This document shows, piece by piece, positions 10,763 to 19,215 of a DNA stretch of 64,000 nt (its first letter is position 1; each line of letters opens with the position of its first letter). The stretch spans positions 22,251 to 86,250 of the forward strand of contig JAZQWJ010000037.1 of the NCBI GenBank assembly GCA_045632285.1. Direction: 5' to 3'. The translations under genes and the position numbers were made by a program. The stretch is from Eubacteriales bacterium (GTDB lineage: Bacteria; Bacillota; Clostridia; Oscillospirales; CAG-272). Under the pieces are notes generated by a model. It did not search any database and had not been told where the DNA came from. It was given only the letters and a program-made list of their open reading frames with translations.

Positions 10763-11521
10763 TTAAGCCGTAGCATCGGTCAACGTGATGTAGACCTTGA
10801 TCACAGACTGCGTGGCAGTACCGCTTTCATAATTGACGAACAGACCGTCGCCGTCAATAGCATCGGCAGCGATCCTTTGGGTCAGGGCCTCGTCGAAATA
10901 GGCGGCTTCAAAAACCTTGCCCGCCACCTCGGGGAGATCCTTCATATCCCATTTTTCACGTCTTTCATTCCATTTGGGCATAGTCAGATCGATCTTGCGC
11001 TTGCTGCCGATCTGTTCAAAGGAGCCATCCTCCTTTTGCGCATAAAACTCATAAGTAAAGGAAGGGATCCAGGCAGCATACAGCGTCATTTCGCCGTTTT
11101 CAAGTGTGCTGGGGTCGATCACGTCATTGGCAAAATCCCAAAGCCCGGAATACACGTACTGCCCGGGAGTGACCTCGGTGCGACCGGTATACCAGCCCGC
11201 AGAAAAATACAGGATCCCGTCCTTGGATCTGGAGACTCTGAATACCCCGTCCTCTCCCCTTGCGGGATCCTCGGGGGCAAGCACGCGAATGCCGGTCTTT
11301 CCGTTTGCTGTAACAGTTGCAGAGGCGTCATAGGCCTCTACGACCGTTACGCCCTGGGTATCGTTGACAAGACCGCCGTCTCCCACGTCAAAGCGGACGC
11401 GGACGGCATAACCCTCTTCGGCAAGATCCTCATAGATATTGCCGCTTCCGCAGGCTATCGCGCTCATGGCTAATGCCATGAGCAGGATAGCGCAGATAAT
11501 TTTAATGATCGTCTTTTTCAT
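10763..11521 (-). CDS. Lipoprotein with InlB-B-repeat/Flg_new-like beta modules
   Basis: Start trimmed to the ATG at 11521 (MKKTIIKIICAILLMALAMSAIACGSG lipobox). The 41 upstream codons of the ORF lie inside the protease gene. Motifs FSAGWYTG and TLYAAW. 20-nt out-of-frame overlap with the protease stop. Confidence 0.6.
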   Translation of the reverse strand: MKKTIIKIICAILLMALAMSAIACGSGNIYEDLAEEGYAVRVRFDVGDGGLVNDTQGVTVVEAYDASATVTANGKTGIRVLAPEDPARGEDGVFRVSRSKDGILYFSAGWYTGRTEVTPGQYVYSGLWDFANDVIDPSTLENGEMTLYAAWIPSFTYEFYAQKEDGSFEQIGSKRKIDLTMPKWNERREKWDMKDLPEVAGKVFEAAYFDEALTQRIAADAIDGDGLFVNYESGTATQSVIKVYITLTDATA

Positions 11522-14500
11522 TTGCTTTTTCCTCAACGCTTTCGCCGTTTTCGGTGGTCTCCTTGTCTGCGGGAGCCTCTTCTTCGACCTCGGCGGTCTT
11601 TGTTTCGGCCTCTTCGGTCTTTGCGGTCTCCTCTTCAGACTCAACGCTCTCCTCTACGGCCTCGGCAGCGCCCTCGGCGCTCTCCTCGCTTTGCTCGTCG
11701 GCATGATCTGCCTTTTGGGAGGGCTTTACCTTGATAATGCCCTTTTTCCAAAGCACAAACAGCACAACGGCAGCTGCGGTAGCCAGCACAAACAGACCAA
11801 GCAGGATGCTAAGCACGATGATGGCAACGGTTGCGCCGCTGATGCCCTCCTCCACGGGCTCCTCTGCGGGAGGTGCCTCGGGTGCGGGTGTTTGCTCGTT
11901 TTGGATATATTCAAGGTCGCGGATACGGTTTTCTGCCTTGACCAGCTTATCGTATACACCGTTCTCCTTGACCAGCTGACGCTGACCGTCGGAGGAGATC
12001 CTGTCATAGGCTGCTCTTGCCGCCTCGACCAGGGCCTTATCAGCCAACGTGACCGTATCGGGCAGACCCTTGATAGCCGCAATGGCCTCTAACGTGGTCT
12101 TATCGGCTGCAACAGCGCCCTCTACCGCCAAGGTAAAGTACTGACCGTAAATAAAGGAATCGTAGTACAGGCCGTTAGAAGGCTTGACCATAACGATATT
12201 GTTTTTGATATGTCCGATATAGTCGGAGAAGTTTGCACCGTAGTAGATCACGGAGGGGGTGTCGGTGGCGTTCCACATAAAGTAAGGTACGATGCCAAGG
12301 CCCTTATAGATCAAGGTCTCGCCGGTGTAGCTATCCTGATACTGATAGTCACCCGTAGCAGGCAGGTTTTCTGCAGACAGCCAATAGCTGTAATCATATT
12401 CCTCCTCCAAAGCGGGTGCCTCGTAGCTGGCAAAGGATACCATCGTCAGCTGATCGCAACCGTAGAAGGCCTTGTGGCCAATAGAAATCAGCGTAGAGGG
12501 CAGAACCACCTGCACCACGTCAGAGCCTGCAAAGGCCAGCGCCGTAATGCGCACGGTGCCATCGGCGATCACCACAGTGGTCGCGTCGCCTGCATAGGAG
12601 ATCATCTCCAAGCCGTTGGGCACAACGCGGTACAGCATACCGTTGATGACCTTAACGGTCTCGCTGATATCAAAGGTGCTTGTGATACCGGTAAAGATCT
12701 CGCCGTTAAACTCCTCGGTCACAGTGCTTTCAAAGCGCTGCAGACGGCACATAGCAAAGGGATTTTCGCCAAGCGTCTTCAGCTCCTTGCCAAGCGTTAC
12801 GGCAAAGGGTGTCATAGTCTCCTTCATAAAGGCACCGTCGCCAATGGCGCTTGCACCGGACAGATCCACAGCGGTCAGCGCCGTATAAGCAAAGGCATAT
12901 GCACCCACGTCCGAAAGCTTATTCGAGCCGATAATGGCAGAAAGCTGATCGCAATAAGCGAACGCACCCTCTCCAAGCTGCACGTTATCCGCGCCAAAGG
13001 TCACGGAGGCCAGCTGCTTGTTATATACGAACGCATACTTATCAACGCTTGTTGCCGAGGACAGATCCACAGCAGTAAGAACGGTCTCGCAGAAGGCATT
13101 ATCGCCCACGCTCTTAACACCGGAGAGATCGATATCGGCCAGCTTGACACACAAATTAAAGGCTCTTGCGGGGATCGCGCTCACACCCTCGCCAAGCTTG
13201 ACGCTTGCAAGCTCGCGGCAATATGCAAAGGCATCCTCGCCAATGTAGGTGGCAGCGGACAGATCGATCGCGGTCAGCGCGGGAGCGTAATATCTGTAAA
13301 GATATTCTCTGTCCTGTCCAATGGCAGGTTCTGTCATATTCTGATCGGCAAACTCATACAGCACGTCGCCGGAGAAGGCGCCTGCACCGATCGAGATCAC
13401 CTTGGAAAGATCGATGCTCTTCAGCTTGGGGGTGTTATAGAAGGCACTGTCGCCGATCACAACGCCCGTGCCAAGCGTCACGCTCTCCAATACAGCGGCA
13501 CCCATAAAAGCACCGTTGCCAAGCACAACATCGTTGCCGACGGTCAGAGATTGCAGAGACGAGGTATAAATATAATAGTAAACAAGCTTGCCCTGCTCGT
13601 TGCGGTAGTTACCGGGGATCGCAGTAAAGTTGCTCTCGCGATCCAGGCGGAAGGCGTCTTTGCCGATCACGGCGTTGTCACCGATCACCACAGAGGAGAT
13701 CGCCTTGCACTCGCGGAAAGCACCGTTGCCCACCTTCATACCCGCAGGGATCATGACCTCGGTAATATCGGTATAGGCAAAGGCATATGCGCCGATGGAG
13801 CTGAGGCCTGCAAACGAGGGCGCAGCAACAAGATCTGTGCGATAGAAGGCGTAATCGCCAATCAAGGTCAGGCGGCCAAGCTCTACGGTCTGCAAGGACT
13901 CACAATAAGCAAAAGCGTAGTTGCCAACGCGGGTAACACCGGGCAGGCTGACCGAGGTAATACGCAGATTACCGGAGAAGGCACCGTTTGCAACGGAGGT
14001 GATGTCAGCAGAGCCGACAAAGGAGCCCGACACACCGGGTGCAACCAACAAAAGCTCGTTGCCGGCCTTGTTGGTCAGGTACTTGCCACCGTTTCCGACA
14101 GCAAAATAGGGATTTGCACTATCCACAATAAAGGTGTCAGCCTTGGCGTTACTAAAGGCGTATTCACCGATAACGGCAACGTCCTTGCCCAGCTTGATCG
14201 TGGCAAGCGAGGTGCATTCGTTAAAGGCTGCGGTGGGAATAACGGCAGCATTGATCGCGATCTCGGTCAGTGCCTTGCACTGATCGAAGGCGTACTGACC
14301 GAGCTTGATGATCTCGGCCTTGATGGTAACGCTCTTCAAATCGCTGTTGCCGCTGAAGGCGTACATACCCACAGACTGTACGTCATTGCCAAGCACAACA
14401 CCCTCAAGGCGGCGGTTGCCGGCAAAGGCACGGTCTGCAATGGCTACGACCTTATCCAGCTGAACGGTGCCGCGCAGAGAGCAACCCTCAAACGCGCTGC

Positions 14501-17500
14501 GGTTGATAAACTTGACCTTTTCAATGCCGACGACCTCCATCAAGGAGCTACAGCCGTAGAAGGCACCGAAATCGATGCGCTCCAGCGTAGAAGGCAGCAC
14601 GACCTTAGTCAGTTTGGTCAGATTTGCAAAGGCATAAGAACCAATGGTCTTAACGCCCTCGGGGATCACGACGACCTCGATGGTATCGTCACCGATGAAC
14701 CACTGCTTGGTCGTGGTGGGATCATCCTCGGAGATCTCGTCGTTGGGGCCCTTGTCGATATATTCGAAATTAGAGAACGCAAACTGTCCGATATCCGTAA
14801 TGGCGAGAGATGCGGGGATCTCAACCGTGCCGCCAAGACCATAATAGTGCGTCAGCGACGGGCCGGTGGTAATATAGGGATCCTTGATCTCCACACTGAT
14901 AGACTGAGAATAATAGGTACTTTGGCCATCCAGCAGCACGTTGACCGAAACAGAGGCATAGCCCTCTGCCTTGGCAGTCACGACCCACTCGCCGTTGACC
15001 TTTTCAACGGTCAGCAGATTTTCGTTACCCGATTCGGCCACCACCTCGGTGGCATCGGGGAAATAGGCCTCGAGCTGATAGCGGAGCGTGACCTGCTCAG
15101 AGGGGTACATCGCAAGCGAATAACGGTTGCCGGTAAATTTCATTTCATCACCGATGCTGCCGATATCGCGGTCCTGCGTATTGAGGATGTAATAGGCCTT
15201 GTTGGTCAAATATCCGGTCAGGCGGAAGCTGTCGGCAACAGGCTTGTCGTATCTGACAAAGCCCTCGTCATTCTCGCCAAGCACCGTCAGCGCCATTGTG
15301 GTCTGTCTGTTGGAAACAGGGTCACGGGCAATGATCACCGATTGGCCGGGGGCCACGGCAACGATCTTATTGCCAACGATGCGCGCCACCTTGGTGTTGG
15401 TGGATACGTATTCCAGCAGCTCGGTCCACTGGGTGCCGGGATAAGCCATAGGCTTTAACTCATAGACTTGGTTGGGGCTGAGCTTGACCTCGTCCTCTTC
15501 AAAGTAGAAGGAGGCAAAATCATCCGGCATACGGATCTCATAAGTGGCCGTATTCAGCGCATAGTCATAGGTCGCGACCGTAAAGCTGTTGGTGTTGACC
15601 GCGCCACGCTTGATGTCGTCAACGTAATCGGTCAGTTCATAGATCACGTAGGAGGTGGAATTCTTCTCGGAATAAACAGGGGTCAGGTACTGGTCAAAGG
15701 TCTCCAGCATAAAGCCGTCGGCATCATAACGCACGTAGCCGACCTGCAAAGCCATTGCGTAATGGTTGTCATAAACCGCGATCTTGGCAAACAGACGCGT
15801 CTTTTTGGCGCTGCGGTCATACTCGGTATAAAACTCGCAGCCGGTCACAGCGGGGGCCTGGAAGTCGGTGACCACGGGGAAGGTAAAGGTGTTGTTGAGG
15901 TTGGTTCCCTCTCCGCCGTCCTTGTAATCCAGATAACCGCGGATCTCAACGGTATAGGAGCTGTTGTTCTTCAGATTTGCCTCGTATGCGTCAAAGTCGA
16001 TCTTGATGTCAGCGGGATAAATGGTTCCGCCGTCACCGTAGGACTTGCGTACATCGCTTTGCTCCTTTTCAAACACGACCTCGCCGGTGGCGTCATCGGT
16101 GATCGTGATCACGACCTTGGCCGCGTTACGCAACATACCGGCCCACACGTTGCTAAGCTCGTGAATGGCGCCCTCCTGATTGGAAAGCGAGATATACTTT
16201 CTGTCAGCAGCGATCTGCGTGGTGGAGGGATCCTGCACGAAGTAATAGGAACCCAAATAGCTGACGTAGTCACCCTGCACGGTACCGATGGGACGGGATG
16301 CATAAGCATCAGGCAGAGTCTTGTCAAGCAGGCTGATGGAATCATCCAGCTCATCCTTGTTGGTGGCAAAATAATCCAAGTCGAACAAGGGAGCCTTTGT
16401 CCAATCGCCATAGAAGGCAAGATACGGAACGCTCAGGTCCACAACGCTTGCATCAGCGGCATCCAGCGTAACAAATCCCTCGATATACATACCGTTTTCA
16501 AAGGAGCTGTCCAAATACTGCTTGTCGGCATCCGACAGCGTGATCTTGACCGTCACGTTGGCGGTCTGCCCTGCACCAACAGTAATGCTCATACCGTTGT
16601 GCGTTGCATTTTCAACAGAGGTGATCGACACGTTGGCGCCACCCAGCAGGCATCCAAGCTCGTCTACGGTGGTCTCGCCCTGATTGGTCTTGGTCTCGCT
16701 GACGCCCTCGGTCATAACATAGGCGCCCACGTTATAGGTCAAAGCAGCCGCGCCAAAGTTCTTTACAGCAAAGGACAGGGTGTAAACACCGTTTTTGGCA
16801 GGGTCATCACCAAGCTCAAGCTTGGTCTTATCCATTTCAACGCCGTTGCGGTAGGTCAGGATCACCGCATTGGTCTTTGCCACGTTGGTCAGATTGGCAA
16901 GACCTGCGCCCTGCTTGCGCACGGCATAGGGCAAGCCGTTGGTATTGAATACGATATCGGCGGTGGACATCATCAGCTGATTAACGAATGCCGCCACCTT
17001 GACCGAGTCGTTTGCGATCTCGGGGAAATTCTCCTTGACGTACTGACGGATCAGTGCGGTCACGCCGGCCACGTTGGGGCTTGCCATCGAGGTACCGGAC
17101 TGACGATCGTAACTTTGACCGGGCACGGCAGAATAGATCTCGCCGCCGTGTGCAGTGATCTCGGGCTTGATGCCCAGATCGGGAGTGGGGCCCCAAGAGG
17201 AGAAGTCGGACATAAAGGGGCCGGAGGTTTGAGAACGGCTGAGCTTCAGCGTTCCGGAGGCAGAGGCGGCCAGCAGCTCGCCGTCGTCCTGACCGATCGA
17301 GCATACGCCAAGCGTGGCGTCGCCCACGTTCATTTTGATATCGCCTGATACGTTATTATAAATGATAATACCGGCAGCACCCTTTTGTTGGGCAACGTTT
17401 GCCTTTTCCTCAAAGGTGGTAGAGCCGCGGCGCACCAGTGCGATCTTACCCGTCACGTCCAGGCCGCTGTAATCCGCCGAGCGTCCCGCACCCGGGATCG

Positions 17501-18929
17501 TAACGTATTCGATCTCCATCTCATCCACGCCGTCAGGCAGGATGTCGTCATAGAAGTTCTTTGCCTCTGCCACACGGTCGGTAGACTCGGTAAAGTAAAT
17601 GATAGTGCCGTTGTAGAGCAGATAAGGGGTCTTCTTGCCGCTGATAGAAGCAACCGACATGGCACCCTCATAGGTAGAGGGAGAGCCAACGGTCGCACTG
17701 TCGGGATTGGAGGTAAGACCAAGGTTACCGTTCTTTTCGGAGCCGTAGGTAGAGTTAAAACTGTTGGAGGCAGCAACGACCATGCTGATGCCGGTCGCAC
17801 GGATGCGGTCGTATACGCCGTTCACGGTCTCCTTATCGGTCTCGCGGCTAAAGCCACAGCTGGTACCGATCGACATATTGATCACGTCTACGCCAAGCAC
17901 CACGCAATCCTCAAGCGCGCTGAGGATCCAAGAGGTGCGCGCAGTGGATACAACGTCGGAAAAGATCTTCATGATCGCCAGCTGAGCGTTGGGGGCCACA
18001 CCGGTGATCACGTTATCCTTGCCCGCGATCACGCCTGCCACGTGCGTGCCGTGCTCGCTGGCGGAGGGGGTCATAGGATAAACGTCAGGATCGTAATCGG
18101 CATAGTCAAAGGCAAAGGGCACCTTTTCGTTCAGGTAAACGTCTGCAGCGGTCAGGCCGTTGTGCAGCTTGCTTGCCTTGGTATCGGTGATAAAGCCCTC
18201 GACGTCGGCCAAAGTCATACCCAGCTTGCTGCGGTCTGCCGTAAAGTTGCCGACCGAGAAGGCGGAATGATTATAGTCCAGACCCGTATCAAGCACGGCT
18301 ACCACGGTGCCGGTGCCGTCGTATCCAAAGGAGGAGCTGTTAAAGATACCGGTGCCGTAAACGTTGACCGTATTCTCGACCAGCTTGGTCTCGCTGGGGT
18401 TATACTCCTCGCCAACGATCGCCGTGGCACGGTCGCCCAGTGCCTCGCAAAGAGATTTAAAATCCCCTGCCTTGATCACGACCTCAAAGCCACCGAGGAT
18501 CGCCTTATAGTCTGCACCCAGCGTATAAGAAAAGCTCTTATCCGCAATGGCGCTGATCAGCTCTTCTTTTTCGGCGCGGATCCCCTCGGCCACACGGGCA
18601 GCATCGTCGGTCATCACGTACTCGGTAAAGGGCACGCTTTTGTTGCCGGCCTCGTATGCGTCAAGCAAAGAGGGGGCGCGATGCATCTGCACGATAACCG
18701 AGATCTCATCGGTCTCCTTAACCGTGTCAGGCAGCTTGTACATAACCGCGCTGTTCAAAAATTTGTCGCGATTGGTGTTGATATCCGCATTGCTTTGCCA
18801 AATATGAGAGGCGATCTGCTCGACCGTGTCCTCGATAAACAAAAGCGATGCGGAAAGGATCATAGCAAGCGCCAGTGCGATCGTGATGATGCTGCTGACT
18901 ATCGTGATCCTTTTTTTGCGATTTACCAT
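11502..18929 (-). CDS. Giant cell-envelope S8 (subtilisin-like) serine protease with PA insert, Ig-like domains, BspA-type leucine-rich repeats and a C-terminal TM anchor
   Basis: Start set to ATG 18929 (MVNRKKR), after AAAGGTGA; the GTG at 18941 is an alternative. N-terminal signal anchor. Catalytic triad motifs VLDTGLDYNH, HGTHVAG, SGTSMASPNVAG. PA-like GKIALVRRGSTTFEEKA. About 740 aa of FxxC/YAFxxC-type LRR_5 repeats (roughly nt 12250-14470). TM GATVAIIVLSILLGLFVLATAAAVVLFVLW followed by an acidic tail. No LPXTG. Confidence 0.9.
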   Translation of the reverse strand: MVNRKKRITIVSSIITIALALAMILSASLLFIEDTVEQIASHIWQSNADINTNRDKFLNSAVMYKLPDTVKETDEISVIVQMHRAPSLLDAYEAGNKSVPFTEYVMTDDAARVAEGIRAEKEELISAIADKSFSYTLGADYKAILGGFEVVIKAGDFKSLCEALGDRATAIVGEEYNPSETKLVENTVNVYGTGIFNSSSFGYDGTGTVVAVLDTGLDYNHSAFSVGNFTADRSKLGMTLADVEGFITDTKASKLHNGLTAADVYLNEKVPFAFDYADYDPDVYPMTPSASEHGTHVAGVIAGKDNVITGVAPNAQLAIMKIFSDVVSTARTSWILSALEDCVVLGVDVINMSIGTSCGFSRETDKETVNGVYDRIRATGISMVVAASNSFNSTYGSEKNGNLGLTSNPDSATVGSPSTYEGAMSVASISGKKTPYLLYNGTIIYFTESTDRVAEAKNFYDDILPDGVDEMEIEYVTIPGAGRSADYSGLDVTGKIALVRRGSTTFEEKANVAQQKGAAGIIIYNNVSGDIKMNVGDATLGVCSIGQDDGELLAASASGTLKLSRSQTSGPFMSDFSSWGPTPDLGIKPEITAHGGEIYSAVPGQSYDRQSGTSMASPNVAGVTALIRQYVKENFPEIANDSVKVAAFVNQLMMSTADIVFNTNGLPYAVRKQGAGLANLTNVAKTNAVILTYRNGVEMDKTKLELGDDPAKNGVYTLSFAVKNFGAAALTYNVGAYVMTEGVSETKTNQGETTVDELGCLLGGANVSITSVENATHNGMSITVGAGQTANVTVKITLSDADKQYLDSSFENGMYIEGFVTLDAADASVVDLSVPYLAFYGDWTKAPLFDLDYFATNKDELDDSISLLDKTLPDAYASRPIGTVQGDYVSYLGSYYFVQDPSTTQIAADRKYISLSNQEGAIHELSNVWAGMLRNAAKVVITITDDATGEVVFEKEQSDVRKSYGDGGTIYPADIKIDFDAYEANLKNNSSYTVEIRGYLDYKDGGEGTNLNNTFTFPVVTDFQAPAVTGCEFYTEYDRSAKKTRLFAKIAVYDNHYAMALQVGYVRYDADGFMLETFDQYLTPVYSEKNSTSYVIYELTDYVDDIKRGAVNTNSFTVATYDYALNTATYEIRMPDDFASFYFEEDEVKLSPNQVYELKPMAYPGTQWTELLEYVSTNTKVARIVGNKIVAVAPGQSVIIARDPVSNRQTTMALTVLGENDEGFVRYDKPVADSFRLTGYLTNKAYYILNTQDRDIGSIGDEMKFTGNRYSLAMYPSEQVTLRYQLEAYFPDATEVVAESGNENLLTVEKVNGEWVVTAKAEGYASVSVNVLLDGQSTYYSQSISVEIKDPYITTGPSLTHYYGLGGTVEIPASLAITDIGQFAFSNFEYIDKGPNDEISEDDPTTTKQWFIGDDTIEVVVIPEGVKTIGSYAFANLTKLTKVVLPSTLERIDFGAFYGCSSLMEVVGIEKVKFINRSAFEGCSLRGTVQLDKVVAIADRAFAGNRRLEGVVLGNDVQSVGMYAFSGNSDLKSVTIKAEIIKLGQYAFDQCKALTEIAINAAVIPTAAFNECTSLATIKLGKDVAVIGEYAFSNAKADTFIVDSANPYFAVGNGGKYLTNKAGNELLLVAPGVSGSFVGSADITSVANGAFSGNLRITSVSLPGVTRVGNYAFAYCESLQTVELGRLTLIGDYAFYRTDLVAAPSFAGLSSIGAYAFAYTDITEVMIPAGMKVGNGAFRECKAISSVVIGDNAVIGKDAFRLDRESNFTAIPGNYRNEQGKLVYYYIYTSSLQSLTVGNDVVLGNGAFMGAAVLESVTLGTGVVIGDSAFYNTPKLKSIDLSKVISIGAGAFSGDVLYEFADQNMTEPAIGQDREYLYRYYAPALTAIDLSAATYIGEDAFAYCRELASVKLGEGVSAIPARAFNLCVKLADIDLSGVKSVGDNAFCETVLTAVDLSSATSVDKYAFVYNKQLASVTFGADNVQLGEGAFAYCDQLSAIIGSNKLSDVGAYAFAYTALTAVDLSGASAIGDGAFMKETMTPFAVTLGKELKTLGENPFAMCRLQRFESTVTEEFNGEIFTGITSTFDISETVKVINGMLYRVVPNGLEMISYAGDATTVVIADGTVRITALAFAGSDVVQVVLPSTLISIGHKAFYGCDQLTMVSFASYEAPALEEEYDYSYWLSAENLPATGDYQYQDSYTGETLIYKGLGIVPYFMWNATDTPSVIYYGANFSDYIGHIKNNIVMVKPSNGLYYDSFIYGQYFTLAVEGAVAADKTTLEAIAAIKGLPDTVTLADKALVEAARAAYDRISSDGQRQLVKENGVYDKLVKAENRIRDLEYIQNEQTPAPEAPPAEEPVEEGISGATVAIIVLSILLGLFVLATAAAVVLFVLWKKGIIKVKPSQKADHADEQSEESAEGAAEAVEESVESEEETAKTEEAETKTAEVEEEAPADKETTENGESVEEKANEKDDH

Positions 18930-19215
18930 TGTGTTTTTCACCTTTCGTTATGGATTTTCCACGTGGATAAATATACGATTGTCGCATAGATACTATATTA
19001 TAGCATATTGTAGCATTTTTCGCAATAGGTTTTCGCAAACTGCACTGTAAAAGTTACAATTTTCACATTTATGCAAAAAACACGCGAAAAAGTAAATAAT
19101 TTTGCATAACCCATTGCATTTTTCGCGAATTTATGTTATTCTAAATGTGTATGCCCTTTATCACTTGAATTTGCATCCTTTCGATAGGCAAAAATCAAAA
19201 AACAGGAGAGTTCTT

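Noticed and set aside
8140-10773. 877-aa plus-strand ORF covering the whole binding-protein gene. Similar cases: 4647..6119, 5987..7564, 12210..15458, 15468..17348, 17385..18989.
   Set aside because: These are antisense to genes with clear family motifs. Their translations are low-complexity (Gly/His/Asp/Leu/Val-rich), with no RBS and no recognisable motif. Long open antisense frames are expected in high-GC coding DNA.
10763-11644. Arg/Pro/Lys-rich 41-aa N-terminal extension of the lipoprotein ORF. Similar upstream extensions occur on ORFs 19102, 22169, 25943, 27969, 35934, 37009, 39297, 47974, 50218, 51942 and 52693.
   Set aside because: The extensions overlap the preceding gene or AT-rich promoter DNA. 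An internal ATG, GTG or TTG with a proper GGAGG-type RBS begins a signal peptide or a conserved N-terminus, so the starts were trimmed.
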